A stretch of 64,000 nt of DNA from the sequence record OR352939.1; one strand, 5' to 3'. The notes below the pieces were generated by a model. That model saw only the letters and a program-made list of their open reading frames with translations, made no database searches and was not told the origin of the DNA. This document shows, one piece after another, positions 1-8,864 of the stretch; the stretch's first letter is position 1, and the number at the start of each line of letters is the position of its first letter. The translations under genes and the position numbers were made by a program. The DNA comes from Escherichia phage AV109.

Positions 1-488
1 CATATGTTACCTTAAATATTAATAGTGGGGTTCATGTATTAGGTCGGGGAGGAAATGGCGGAAGTAACTCTGCTGGCGGAGCAGGAGGAACTGCAATAAA
101 TAACGGAATTGGAACTCGTTTAAGAATAAACAATAATGGTATTATTGGTGGCGGCGGAGGTGGCGGCGCTGGTGCTAGATACCATCCTTTCCCTCAAATG
201 GATATGATATTTGGTGGCGGCGGAGGTCGTCCATTTGGCGCAGCTGGCGCAGCAGGAGGTGGCGCAGCGGCAGCATCCGCTGGTACAATTTCTGCTCCTG
301 GTAAAGGTACTGTTTCTGGGGTTCACTATGGAGGAAATGGTGGAGATTTGGGAGCTGCTGGCAAATCTTCATATATTCAAGGTGGTACTGGAGGAACTGT
401 TCACTCGGGTGGTGCAGCAGGTAAAGCTGTTACTGGTAATGCTCCAACTTGGACTAAAGTTGGTACAATATACGGTTCAAGAGTATAA
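1..488 (+). CDS. 38: Tail-fibre adhesin gp38-like protein, C-terminal fragment (5' end lies outside window)
   Basis: Open in frame from window start to TAA 486-488; poly-Gly blocks (GGGGGGAGA, FGGGGGRPFGAAGAAGGG, GGTGGTVHSGGAAG) resemble glycine-rich motifs of T2/T6-type gp38 adhesins; immediately followed by holin t as in T-even phages. Confidence 0.55.
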   Translation, partial: YVTLNINSGVHVLGRGGNGGSNSAGGAGGTAINNGIGTRLRINNNGIIGGGGGGGAGARYHPFPQMDMIFGGGGGRPFGAAGAAGGGAAAASAGTISAPGKGTVSGVHYGGNGGDLGAAGKSSYIQGGTGGTVHSGGAAGKAVTGNAPTWTKVGTIYGSRV

Positions 489-519
489 TTTTGAATAAAT
501 ATCCTTAAAAGGAGGTATT

Positions 520-1179
520 ATGGCAACACCAAAAGTGGCATTTTCACCTAGTGATATTCTATTTGGGTTGCTAGATCGTATTTTCAAAGATAACGCTACT
601 GGAAAGGTTTTAATGTCCCGAGTAGCGGTAATTATTCTTTTGTTCCTAATGGCACTAATATGGTACAAAGGAAGTATTTTGCTGGATTATTATGTAAGAG
701 CTAAGTATGATACTTATACTGAAATAATCCAAAAAGAACGAGCTTTACGTTTTGAATCTGCGGCTCTAGAACAACTGCAAATAGTTCATATCTCATCTGG
801 TGCAGATTTTAGTGCTGTGTATTCTTTCAGACCTAAAAACTTAAATTATTTTGTCGACCTTATAGCTTATGAAGGCAAACTACCTAGCACAATTTCTGAA
901 AAGTCCCTTGGCGGATTCCCGGTGGATAAAACGGCCAATGAATATATAATTCATTTAAGTGGCCGTCATTTCTCATCTAAATCAGAATTTGCATTTTTGC
1001 CTACAAAATCTAAGACTGCCGAACTTTCTTATATGTATAGTTGTCCATACTTTAATTTGGATAACATCTATGCTGGAACTGTGACGATGTATTGGTATAA
1101 GGGGAGTAATATACTTGAGGAAGATCGCTTAGCGGCTATATGCAACCAAGCGATCCGAATACTAGGAAGGGCTAAATAA
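520..1179 (+). CDS. t: Holin T (lysis timing protein)
   Basis: 219 aa; near-identical in recalled blocks to T4 holin T (FSPSDILFG..DRLFKDNATGKVL.SRVAV, YMYSCPYFNLDNIYAG); AGGAGG RBS 8 nt upstream. Confidence 0.92.
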   Translation: MATPKVAFSPSDILFGLLDRIFKDNATGKVLMSRVAVIILLFLMALIWYKGSILLDYYVRAKYDTYTEIIQKERALRFESAALEQLQIVHISSGADFSAVYSFRPKNLNYFVDLIAYEGKLPSTISEKSLGGFPVDKTANEYIIHLSGRHFSSKSEFAFLPTKSKTAELSYMYSCPYFNLDNIYAGTVTMYWYKGSNILEEDRLAAICNQAIRILGRAK

Positions 1180-1452
1180 TTAGTTGTTAGAATACATCGC
1201 TAAATGACGATAAATATTTTCAAAACCTTCATTGAATTCACTAATCAGTGTTTTCTTTTCTTCGGCAGTTAAATTTGTAATTAGTTTTCTGAACGAATTC
1301 TGATTTAACTGCCGACCATCTTTTTTAATTCCAATCTCATTCAAGAATCCGATGAAACTTGCTCGGTCTTCAACAATATCTTCCCTAGAGAATTTAATCA
1401 AAATAGAAGCAATAGTAATAATTTCACGTACGATTTCAATGTCTTTATTCAT
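1180..1452 (-). CDS. asiA: Anti-sigma70 factor AsiA
   Basis: 90 aa; matches T4 AsiA along its length (REIIT.ASILIKFSREDIVE, FLNEIG, LNQNSFRK, EFNEGFE). Confidence 0.9.
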   Translation of the reverse strand: MNKDIEIVREIITIASILIKFSREDIVEDRASFIGFLNEIGIKKDGRQLNQNSFRKLITNLTAEEKKTLISEFNEGFENIYRHLAMYSNN

Positions 1453-1498
1453 AACGTTTTATTCATTCCACTTAGTTGATATGGATATAGTACCATTA

Positions 1499-1660
1499 TC
1501 AGTGTTGATTGTAAACGGCTTTTTCTACGCTTTTAACGTAATTGGTGTAGTCTTCCTGTTCGTACGAGTGTAAGGCCAAGAACGGAACTAATAGTTCATT
1601 ATAGACTAAAGCCTCACGCTCACGTTCGGCCTCTACTACGTTCTGAAGATTATGACTCAT
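1499..1660 (-). CDS. Hypothetical small protein (asiA.1 position)
   Basis: ATG at 1660 with AAGGAA RBS directly after stop of upstream ORF; the longer track ORF 1499..1714 would overlap the upstream gene. Confidence 0.3.
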   Translation of the reverse strand: MSHNLQNVVEAEREREALVYNELLVPFLALHSYEQEDYTNYVKSVEKAVYNQH

Positions 1661-1949
1661 ATTGTTCCTTATAACTATCAATATAGTCCTGTATGTCGAA
1701 GAACGATATTTCATATTCTAGGGCATTAAGAGCCTGTTCTTCGGTGTAGTCAGAACCAAATACAATAGTGATTTCACCTGGTTTAGAATGACTGAAATCA
1801 ACACTAAACTCAATTCTAGAGCAGACTTCATCTTCCATATCTATGATAACACTACGATACACTTCTCGGTTAACCTGATAAAGCTCTGCAAGTTCTTCAC
1901 AACGAATAACAAGTTCAGTGGCAGGATTTTCTTTGATTTTAGTAAGCAT
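1650..1949 (-). CDS. arn: Acidic small protein, possible Arn-like anti-restriction protein (by synteny only)
   Basis: Start placed at internal Met (MLTKIKENP) of track ORF 1650..2036; highly acidic C-terminus (EDEVCSRIEF..EYEISFFDIQDYIDSYKEQYES); position between asiA and motA as T4 arn. Confidence 0.3.
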   Translation of the reverse strand: MLTKIKENPATELVIRCEELAELYQVNREVYRSVIIDMEDEVCSRIEFSVDFSHSKPGEITIVFGSDYTEEQALNALEYEISFFDIQDYIDSYKEQYES

Positions 1950-2032
1950 AGTCTTTACCCTTATGTTTTTGTTTACGTTTAGATTGAAGTTCTGATTTCT
2001 TTTTGTCCTTATGGACGGAAGCCTTATTGAAA

Positions 2033-2251
2033 TCATGTTTTGCTACAAGATTGTTCATAATGCTTTATAACCTCGTTTAAACATTTATCGGTAAAAGAAA
2101 ACTTTTTAGCCACAGAACATTCGATAATGTGCTCTTTCAAATCTTTAGAGTCGGTATATCCCATCTCAGTAATAAAGTGGCGAATTAAAGCTTTATTCTT
2201 ATCATTAACAGAATTAAAATAATCTGCTTTAGAATCAATTATTCTCATCAT
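2033..2251 (-). CDS. Hypothetical protein (arn.x region)
   Basis: 72-aa ORF in contiguous minus-strand array between asiA and motA. Confidence 0.4.
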   Translation of the reverse strand: MMRIIDSKADYFNSVNDKNKALIRHFITEMGYTDSKDLKEHIIECSVAKKFSFTDKCLNEVIKHYEQSCSKT

Positions 2252-2516
2252 CTAATTTCCTTAATTGATATTGCAACGAGCTAATAATTTCTTCGTTCAT
2301 TTTAATATACATGTCACGCAAGAAAGGTTTTAACCCATCACGAATAATTGCTAACGTATCACCTTTACATAAATTAACCAAATAAGGATGGTCTAAAGCG
2401 TCCCAACCAGGCTGATTAGCATACATACCATAGTTTTCTTCCATCATATGATTAAGACGTTTGATATCTTGGATACGTGATTCAATAGCATCTTTCTGGA
2501 GTTGTTTAATATTCAT
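2235..2516 (-). CDS. Hypothetical protein
   Basis: 93-aa ORF; stop/start coupled with neighbours. Confidence 0.4.
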   Translation of the reverse strand: MNIKQLQKDAIESRIQDIKRLNHMMEENYGMYANQPGWDALDHPYLVNLCKGDTLAIIRDGLKPFLRDMYIKMNEEIISSLQYQLRKLDDENN

Positions 2517-2977
2517 TAATAAAGGTCCTCTGAATAAAGTTCTTTCTCACTTCCACCACGTTCAATACGTACCTGTCCAGCATACGTTGCAATAATCATT
2601 GCTTCTTCACGCGTCCAGTAATTAGAGTATTGGTCAATAAAGCCTTGGTCGTCACCACAAACTTGTTGCGAGACTAATTGAGGACCAACTATATCAAGTA
2701 CTTCAGCCATATCTTTAGAGTAATGACGAACTCCAGGAATAACTAGAGTTCCACCACTCTTCAATTTAAACCTATTAGCCGCACATACTATAACACGTTG
2801 AACTTTTTGGTCATTATTCCAATAGCACGTTTGCCAACAGATTTCAGGAACTTCATTCATTATATCATCAGCAGAATAATTATAACCGTAGGACTGGAAT
2901 TTTTCTGCTAGACTTTCAGGAGTCTCACGAGACAAGGCCAAATCTAATAGCTCTAAACGTTCTTTAAATGATTTCAT
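2516..2977 (-). CDS. Hypothetical protein
   Basis: 153-aa ORF; start overlaps stop of upstream ORF (coupled); no motif recognised. Confidence 0.45.
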   Translation of the reverse strand: MKSFKERLELLDLALSRETPESLAEKFQSYGYNYSADDIMNEVPEICWQTCYWNNDQKVQRVIVCAANRFKLKSGGTLVIPGVRHYSKDMAEVLDIVGPQLVSQQVCGDDQGFIDQYSNYWTREEAMIIATYAGQVRIERGGSEKELYSEDLY

Positions 2978-3303
2978 TTAAACCATTCCTTAATACGTTG
3001 CCAAATAGATTTTTGTGCTTGTTTATTTACACCAATCGAACGAATAATCGGTTGTGACTGCTGATATTCTTTATAATCTTCTTTATAGATTTCGTAAGCG
3101 GCATCAACAAATGAACTGATCGCTGCCATGTAGTTTTTACGAAGGCCAAATGGAGCGTCATTATTTTCACGAATAACCGTATATTGGCCTGCTTTAATCT
3201 TTACAATTGTCCCTAAATAAGCCCCGTGGTACCAAATATCCCATCCTTCCTGAGTAGGTTCTGCACATTTACGAAGTTCGTTAATAATATTCAGCTTATT
3301 CAT
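2974..3303 (-). CDS. Hypothetical protein
   Basis: 109-aa ORF immediately downstream of motA. Confidence 0.45.
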   Translation of the reverse strand: MNKLNIINELRKCAEPTQEGWDIWYHGAYLGTIVKIKAGQYTVIRENNDAPFGLRKNYMAAISSFVDAAYEIYKEDYKEYQQSQPIIRSIGVNKQAQKSIWQRIKEWFK

Positions 3304-3313
3304 TATGTATTCC

Positions 3314-3946
3314 TCACAGTACGTTAGTTACAAGGGTAATGATTTCTTTGGACACATTAGGGAAGTCAATGTAAGTATATTTACCACCGATCTTAATCTT
3401 AACATCATTTTCAAGAGAAGTAAACAGCTTTGATTCAGTTTCTGACATGTTGTATGCAAAGATTCTAAGAGAACCATCTCGACGAATTTCGATCTGACGA
3501 ATACCTAGAACTCGTTTTGCAAATCGAACTTCCAAGTTACTACGGTTTTCACCGATTTCTTTAACTTCAACTTTATCTTTAATATTTTCAAAAACAAAGT
3601 TTGCTAGTTCATGCATTTCAGGAGTAACTCCACGTGCTTTTCTGGTGTTACGTTTCTGAAGAAGTTCTGGAGCATTTTCTTGAGCAAATAGGTCTGCAGC
3701 TTTTTGGATAATATCCATTGCTTCGCCTGTTGCTATAAGTCCATCACCAGATTTTTCGACTAAACCTTTCTTAATCAATACACCAATGTTAGAGTTAACA
3801 ACCGATGCATTGTATTCTGCCTCCAGAGCTTCACGGACATTGGCAGCAGTGGTGAAGTTGTTCTTAATGATATAAACCATTATTGCAGCAGTTTTTTCAT
3901 TCAGAGCGTTTTCAGAAGCTTTGATGATGTAAGTAACTTTAGACAT
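3314..3946 (-). CDS. motA: Middle transcription activator MotA
   Basis: 210 aa; N-terminus matches T4 MotA (MSKVTYIIKAS..LNEKTA, VVNSNIGVLIKKGLVEKSGDGLI, AQENAPELL.KR.TRKAR). Confidence 0.9.
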   Translation of the reverse strand: MSKVTYIIKASENALNEKTAAIMVYIIKNNFTTAANVREALEAEYNASVVNSNIGVLIKKGLVEKSGDGLIATGEAMDIIQKAADLFAQENAPELLQKRNTRKARGVTPEMHELANFVFENIKDKVEVKEIGENRSNLEVRFAKRVLGIRQIEIRRDGSLRIFAYNMSETESKLFTSLENDVKIKIGGKYTYIDFPNVSKEIITLVTNVL

Positions 3947-3985
3947 TTTATTTCTCCAATTTGGTTGTTTTGTTTTGATAGGTCT

Positions 3986-4014
3986 ATAATATCATGTTTG
4001 AAGCATATGTAAAC
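3986..4014 (-). promoter_or_regulatory. T4 early-type promoter (minus strand: GTTTAC -35, 17-bp spacer, TATTAT -10) upstream of motA
   Basis: Plus-strand gtaaac at 4009-4014 and ataata at 3986-3991; same module recurs before many genes in the window. Confidence 0.5.
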
Positions 4015-4024
4015 TGTTTTGTGA

Positions 4025-4055
4025 GAAAAATGCACAAAAGGGAGCCGAAGCTCCC
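4025..4055 (-). terminator. Intrinsic terminator-like hairpin after gene 52 (GGGAGC-UUCG-GCUCCC then U-rich tract on minus RNA)
   Basis: Inverted repeat gggagc/gctccc 4040-4055 with cgaa loop (UUCG on minus strand), followed on minus strand by UUUUGUGCAUUUUUC. Confidence 0.45.
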
Positions 4056-4131
4056 TAATCATGTTTGTCCAACCAATACAGCCAAATCACTAGTGCAGCT
4101 ATTGCGCCGAGAAATCCTAAGGCTATGGCAC

Positions 4132-5457
4132 TCAAAGTGCCTCCAAGTCTTTAGTGTACTCTGTCACAACATCAGTAGACTTCCAATACTCATTTTCTTC
4201 TTTCTTAGCTTTAGCTTCTTCTGCTAGTTTACGTGCTTCATCGGAAGTGATATGGAAGATGTTAAGACCTACCAGTTTATCGACATGTTCTTTATACATT
4301 TCGATTTGTGCGAGCTCTTCAGTCAAAGCTTTACGAGTCTTGCCCTGAATCACAATTTCGCCGTTGATAACTTTTTTGATGAAGTGTGCCTTAGCAAAAG
4401 CCAGTTTAAATGCTTTTTCAGATTCAAGGATTTTGTTGTCAATACGTTTCTGAACGTAAGTCTTACGGACTTCAACAAAATCTTTGATTAAGTCCACTAC
4501 GTTATCGTAGACAGCTAATTTACCCTTTTCATTAATCACTGTGATGTTTTGTGAACGACGTTCGATGAGACTAAAATCTTTCATGATTTTTTCATGACGT
4601 AGCTCTTCATCATCAGGAAGCGAGTACTCTTTACGGAACTTCACCTTAAACCCAAAGCCGTGTTCACCGCAATCATCTTCCCATGAGATTAGACCTTTGT
4701 CTTCCAACGGGTCAAGAACCTTACTCACATACGTTTCACGGTCGAATTTATATGGGATTTCAGTTATCTGCATTTGAGTGCGAGATGTGAACTTATATGT
4801 TCCGTGAATCTCATAACGCCCATCAACTTCATGTACTTCACCACGGAATTCCGGGAATTCAACTTTTGGCTTAGTGACATTTTTACCTTGAAGAGCTTGT
4901 AATACAGCCTTTTTGACTGATTTAAAACTATGAGGCAGAATATTTGTTGCGTAACCGGTTGCAATACCAGAGACACCATTCAAAAGAACTGTCGGAATAA
5001 TAGGAAGATAGAATTTTGGTGGAATGTGTTCTTTATCTTCATGAGCTGGAGCATATTCAGTATCTTTATATACGTTATAGAAATTTTTACTTACACGAGC
5101 AAAAATATAACGAGATGCTGCAGCTTTTTGGACTGTTCGAGAACCAAAGTTGCCTTGACCATCTAACAGTGGATAGTTGTTGTTCCATGTGTTAGCCATC
5201 AATGCACCTGCATCTTGTGCAGAAGATTCACCATGGTGATAACCTAAATCGGCAACACCACCCGCAATTGACGCAAGTTTATGAAATTTTTCTTTATTAC
5301 CACGAGCCAAATCTAACGCACGATGGACCACAAAACGTTGAACCGGCTTAAATCCATCAATCATGTTTGGGATTGCACGGTTTTCAACGGTGTACATCGC
5401 ATATGCTAAGGCTTCGTTATCAATAATACTTTTTAGATTACGAGAATTCAATTGCAT
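4132..5457 (-). CDS. 52: DNA topoisomerase II medium subunit gp52 (GyrA-like)
   Basis: 441 aa; near-identical to recalled T4 gp52 (MQLN.R.LKSIIDNEALAYAMYTVENRAIPNMIDGFKPVQRF, DGQGNFGSRTVQKAAASRYIFARV). Confidence 0.93.
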   Translation of the reverse strand: MQLNSRNLKSIIDNEALAYAMYTVENRAIPNMIDGFKPVQRFVVHRALDLARGNKEKFHKLASIAGGVADLGYHHGESSAQDAGALMANTWNNNYPLLDGQGNFGSRTVQKAAASRYIFARVSKNFYNVYKDTEYAPAHEDKEHIPPKFYLPIIPTVLLNGVSGIATGYATNILPHSFKSVKKAVLQALQGKNVTKPKVEFPEFRGEVHEVDGRYEIHGTYKFTSRTQMQITEIPYKFDRETYVSKVLDPLEDKGLISWEDDCGEHGFGFKVKFRKEYSLPDDEELRHEKIMKDFSLIERRSQNITVINEKGKLAVYDNVVDLIKDFVEVRKTYVQKRIDNKILESEKAFKLAFAKAHFIKKVINGEIVIQGKTRKALTEELAQIEMYKEHVDKLVGLNIFHITSDEARKLAEEAKAKKEENEYWKSTDVVTEYTKDLEAL

Positions 5458-5469
5458 ATTTTCACCATA

Positions 5470-5602
5470 TTAATGAACGAATAACCATTATAACATCTGA
5501 AATGAAAAGCACTACTTGGATTAGTCCAAACGTCACACCGTAGTACAGAACCGTAAGCAACAACAAGAGCCCGAAGGCTCCTGCTAAGATTTTCTTAATC
5601 AT
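5470..5602 (-). CDS. Small hydrophobic protein (44 aa), ac/stp region
   Basis: ATG 5602; translation MIKKILAGAFGLLLLLTVLYYGVTFGLIQVVLFISDVIMVIRSL; below the 60-aa track cutoff; a UUCG hairpin lies inside it, so uncertain. Confidence 0.25.
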
Positions 5603-5748
5603 TACTCGCCTTTTAACACGTTAAGAAGAGCTAAGACCGCTAAGGTACCTTGTGATACGGCCTGTTGAAATACTGTTGTTTCGCCTGTAACTAAAGTGTT
5701 AACGAATAAAAACGACCAACACAACAATGCAATAATCCATGCTACCAT
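5603..5748 (-). CDS. Small membrane protein (48 aa), ac/stp region
   Basis: ATG 5748 preceded by GAGG RBS; translation MVAWIIALLCWSFLFVNTLVTGETTVFQQAVSQGTLAVLALLNVLKGE. Confidence 0.35.
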
Positions 5749-5800
5749 TTTAATTACCTCAAAAATAAATTAAAGGCCCAACTTAATAGGCCCGTATAAA

Positions 5801-6247
5801 TTAATAACTCTGCAGAATGAATTTAAAGTTATCAGCCAGAAGACGGTTCATTTCAGTGAGTGTTTGATATTCTGATGTATGGTTGCGAGTGAATGCCAGA
5901 GCCAATTGACCTTTACCGTAACCAGTGGTCAGTGGTTTCATGTTCTTAGCTGCAACAAAGATTACATCATATTCAATATTGTTAGTGCCCATGGTACGGG
6001 CTAGTTGCGAACGGCCTTGACGAATGTGAGAAAGAATTGCATCCAACCCTTGTTTAGAACGTTGACGTCCTACAAAGAATCGTGCTGCAACTTGACGCCA
6101 GTCGGATGAACCTTTAACAAAGAAGTAAAAACCTTCACGAGAACGAAACTCTTTAGAAACTTCAGAACCGTATTCACCATTACGAACTACTGCAACAACT
6201 TCACCGCCAACTGCCAGAAGGTCTTTACGAGTTAAATATTTGGACAT
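5801..6247 (-). CDS. ndd: Nucleoid disruption protein Ndd
   Basis: 148 aa; matches recalled T4 Ndd blocks ([61 protein letters not shown]). Confidence 0.8.
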   Translation of the reverse strand: MSKYLTRKDLLAVGGEVVAVVRNGEYGSEVSKEFRSREGFYFFVKGSSDWRQVAARFFVGRQRSKQGLDAILSHIRQGRSQLARTMGTNNIEYDVIFVAAKNMKPLTTGYGKGQLALAFTRNHTSEYQTLTEMNRLLADNFKFILQSY

Positions 6248-6291
6248 GCTAATTTCCTCAATTGATTAATGTTTTTGTAATCCATGAGAGC

Positions 6292-6320
6292 ATTATACTC
6301 TGCTCTCAAGAGTTTGTACA
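6292..6320 (-). promoter_or_regulatory. Early promoter upstream of ndd (minus: TGTACA -35, N17, TATAAT -10); -10 embedded in dyad GAGAGCAGAGTATAATGCTCTC
   Basis: 35-bp element 6284..6318 is identical to 53192..53226; perfect TATAAT on minus strand. Confidence 0.5.
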
Positions 6321-6323
6321 ATT

Positions 6324-6524
6324 TTATTCGGCTATATCAGAACGTTCAAAAAGCTCTTCAACAGTTAAACATTCAGTGTCATCTTCAATAAAGAATCGAG
6401 TCCAACACGTTGGGGCGATACAGTTATGAGTTTGTCCGGCGATAGAAGCTACACGAATAAGCTGCTGACCATTATTCAGAACAAATTTTTCACCAATTTC
6501 AACATCTTTAAAAAGCTTAGCCAT
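6324..6524 (-). CDS. Hypothetical protein
   Basis: 66-aa ORF in minus-strand array. Confidence 0.4.
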   Translation of the reverse strand: MAKLFKDVEIGEKFVLNNGQQLIRVASIAGQTHNCIAPTCWTRFFIEDDTECLTVEELFERSDIAE

Positions 6525-6552
6525 TTTGTGTTCCTCATGTTTCAGTAGGACT

Positions 6553-6581
6553 ACTATACCATAATCCTACCTTGTTGTAAA
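6553..6581 (-). promoter_or_regulatory. Putative early promoter (GTTTAC -35; weak -10)
   Basis: gtaaac at 6576-6581 with conserved TAGGACTACTATA context; -10 hexamer less clear. Confidence 0.3.
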
Positions 6582-6774
6582 CAATTAAATTACATTAAAA
6601 TATGTTAAAGCCAACCATGTTCCAGTGAACGAACATGCAATGTAAAAACCAGTATCACAAATTGTTTTTAGTACAATAAGAAGTGCATTTTTCATAAGTA
6701 CCTCAATGCAATTGAAAATATTATACAAATCATAGGGATACTAAGCAACCATATTCCGATCCACATTTTAGAGC

Positions 6775-7038
6775 TCATATCTCAACTTCCACGAGTTCCA
6801 TATATCCTTTGTTGATAACCTCTTTAAGGTCTTTAGAAAGAATAACACCAAAATGGTCGTTCATATGTCCATTAACTAAACGAGTTATTTCGGCTTCAGA
6901 TGACATATAAGGCACGTCTGAGTCCCAATGAGATAGTCCCAAATGGGTATAAATCATCCCTTCGTCATCTGCAGTGTTGTACATTGAAACAAATTCGCCT
7001 GTTACTTTATGTTTTGCGTAGAAAAATTTAAATTTCAT
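6775..7038 (-). CDS. Hypothetical protein
   Basis: 87-aa ORF; RBS GAGGATAA before ATG 7038. Confidence 0.45.
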   Translation of the reverse strand: MKFKFFYAKHKVTGEFVSMYNTADDEGMIYTHLGLSHWDSDVPYMSSEAEITRLVNGHMNDHFGVILSKDLKEVINKGYMELVEVEI

Positions 7039-7064
7039 GATGTTATCCTCTTTTAGATAGGACT

Positions 7065-7094
7065 ACTATATCATAGTCCTACTTAGTTGTAAAC
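7065..7094 (-). promoter_or_regulatory. Putative early promoter (GTTTAC -35, TATAGT/ATATAG -10)
   Basis: gtaaac 7089-7094; conserved GATAGGACTACTATATCATAGTCC module. Confidence 0.4.
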
Positions 7095-7106
7095 ACTTTT
7101 ATGAAA

Positions 7107-7664
7107 TTAAAGATGAAGATACCACCCGTTGTAGTTGCTCTTGCGGACGATTTTCTTTAGGTCTTCATGGTCTCCCACGAACTTTATAGAATAAGAGAAG
7201 ACGTCAGGTGAGGTTTCTTTGACATCTAATATAATAATGCAATCTGCGACTCGATGGTTCAAGAAGGGCCCTATATTGATTCCATTACCACCAGGATAAT
7301 CACCACTGTATCCTGTGGTAACCGAAATCCATTTAGAATCTATCTGGTGCGTCTTGACTTCGACACGCAACCCGCAGTATTTAGGATGAGCTAACACGTC
7401 CCATGCATACGTGTACGGGTCTTCTACGTCTTCATTACCTTTATTAACATATCCATCTAGCCAATTTGCTACTACATACTCTGCAAAGACTGCAACCTTA
7501 CAACGTCGAACAACGTCTTCTTTTATTTGACCTGGATCTTGTTTCAACGAGTACCGAGCAGTGTCAGCAATCTTCACCTTCATTTCACTAGTCAAAAACT
7601 CATTCGACAGGATAAATGTCGGAAGATTCTTCAGCCTCAACAGCCCCAAGTTCGTCTTTACCAT
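7107..7664 (-). CDS. denB: Endonuclease IV DenB-like (position and size as T4 denB)
   Basis: Start placed at internal Met (MVKTNLGLL) with AGAGGT RBS, giving 185 aa as in T4; the track ORF 7107..7727 would overlap the upstream gene; assignment mainly by synteny between ndd and rIIB. Confidence 0.5.
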   Translation of the reverse strand: MVKTNLGLLRLKNLPTFILSNEFLTSEMKVKIADTARYSLKQDPGQIKEDVVRRCKVAVFAEYVVANWLDGYVNKGNEDVEDPYTYAWDVLAHPKYCGLRVEVKTHQIDSKWISVTTGYSGDYPGGNGINIGPFLNHRVADCIIILDVKETSPDVFSYSIKFVGDHEDLKKIVRKSNYNGWYLHL

Positions 7665-7886
7665 AGATACCTCTGATGTGTAGTTCGCCAAAATAAATGC
7701 GGTCACCTTCTTCAAGATATTCTGCATCTACAGGCGGAATTTCAATAACAACTTCGTCGCATTCTAACCAGCCGTAGTGTGCATCGCCCGGGTGTTTTAC
7801 CAATTTAGCACAATAAACTGATTTACACTTATGATGACCACGAAGATTAGCAATTTTGGATTCTGATACGTCAAATGGATGAATCA
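7600..7886 (-). CDS. Hypothetical protein
   Basis: Start at ATG 7886 (MIHPFDV) preceded by AGGGGTAATT RBS and located just after the rIIB terminator hairpin; the track start at 7923 would lie inside the terminator. Confidence 0.4.
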
Positions 7887-7900
7887 TAATTACCCCTAAA

Positions 7901-7921
7901 GAAAAAAGGGGACCGAAGTCC
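7901..7921 (-). terminator. Intrinsic terminator after rIIB (GGAC-UUCG-GUCC + U6)
   Basis: Hairpin 7910-7921 followed on minus strand by CCUUUUUUCUUU. Confidence 0.45.
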
Positions 7922-7928
7922 ACAATTA

Positions 7929-8855
7929 TTATTCTGCAAATAATTCAGTAACGTCTGAAATTACTTCGTAACGACAAGTACGCATCTTAGCATCGCCATA
8001 GTCAACTGGGATAGATACAACATCACGTGGATGAACTTTAACCTTAACAACTTTATCTGAGCTAGAACCGAAGTAACGAATATATGATTTAGCACAAACG
8101 TGGAGACCGCGAGAACAGGTTTGAGTATCATCGTCGTTAACTCGAGTACGAGGCATTGAAACAACTTTACCAGGCGAGTTATCAAATGTGCCGCTATAGC
8201 AATCTAAATAGTCTTTACGAACTACTTTCCATGCATAGAAATGCCCGTCTTCAGTGATTTCAATATCATTTGCAACCAAGAAGTCGAATAAACGTTGTAC
8301 AGCTTTTTCGCTTGGGTTTTCTAACAGGTTTTCAAGGAACGGCAGATAGAATTTAAAGTCTTCGCCTTTTTCCATGGAATCAATAATACGATTAACCAGT
8401 CCTGAACGAATCTCTATACCTTGATAAAATAAACTACCACCTTCAATAGTAACATTACCGTCAACAAACTTAGTAATAGCTTTCTTGATGTTAATAAGTT
8501 CGACAGCTTTACTAAGGTTTCCTGCGACCAAATTAGCTTTAATTTCTTCAAAATTTGCATGACTTGATGGGGTCGCATTGTATGCTACGCGTCCTTCAAT
8601 GATTGAAATAAATTTAGATGACGCATTCCATACGATTTCTGGACGATGACCTGTAATAATAGGTTCATCATTTTTCGGAACTTCTTCAACTTTAGAAGTC
8701 TCATCTTCGTCTTTAAAATTCTTAACAATCTTACGAAGAGTGTCAGTGGAAATATTGAAGTAATCAGCAATTTCCCGACGAGTCCATTGACCTGATTCAA
8801 CCAGTCTGTAAGCTTCTAACTGTTCTTCTTTAGACAAGCATTTAATATTGTACAT
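7929..8855 (-). CDS. rIIB: rIIB lysis-inhibition/membrane integrity protein
   Basis: 308 aa; size and position next to rIIA as T4 rIIB (312 aa); N-terminus MYNIKCLSKEEQLEAYRL consistent. Confidence 0.8.
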   Translation of the reverse strand: MYNIKCLSKEEQLEAYRLVESGQWTRREIADYFNISTDTLRKIVKNFKDEDETSKVEEVPKNDEPIITGHRPEIVWNASSKFISIIEGRVAYNATPSSHANFEEIKANLVAGNLSKAVELINIKKAITKFVDGNVTIEGGSLFYQGIEIRSGLVNRIIDSMEKGEDFKFYLPFLENLLENPSEKAVQRLFDFLVANDIEITEDGHFYAWKVVRKDYLDCYSGTFDNSPGKVVSMPRTRVNDDDTQTCSRGLHVCAKSYIRYFGSSSDKVVKVKVHPRDVVSIPVDYGDAKMRTCRYEVISDVTELFAE

Positions 8856-8864
8856 AATGTTTCC

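Noticed and set aside
120-460. Repetitive GGT/GGC/GCA-rich sequence considered as a CRISPR array or tandem repeat
   Set aside because: Repeats are short codon-level iterations encoding poly-Gly/Ala inside a protein-coding frame, with no regular repeat-spacer structure.
120-498. Overlapping ORFs 120..326 (-), 175..372 (-) and 211..498 (+) in the glycine-rich region
   Set aside because: They are alternative frames of the GGN-rich gp38-like coding sequence; the frame open from the window start to 488 is the coherent one and the others are low-complexity artefacts.
3981-3992. Reading TTGATAGG...TATAAT on the plus strand as a sigma70 promoter
   Set aside because: TTGATA and TATAAT are only about 5 bp apart on the plus strand, and transcription would be antisense to every neighbouring gene; the minus-strand GTTTAC-N17-TATTAT reading fits spacing and gene orientation.
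3994-4227. Plus-strand ORF 3994..4227 (77 aa) in the motA-52 intergenic region
   Set aside because: It spans the minus-strand early promoter, the terminator hairpin and the 3' end of gene 52; no RBS; more likely non-coding.
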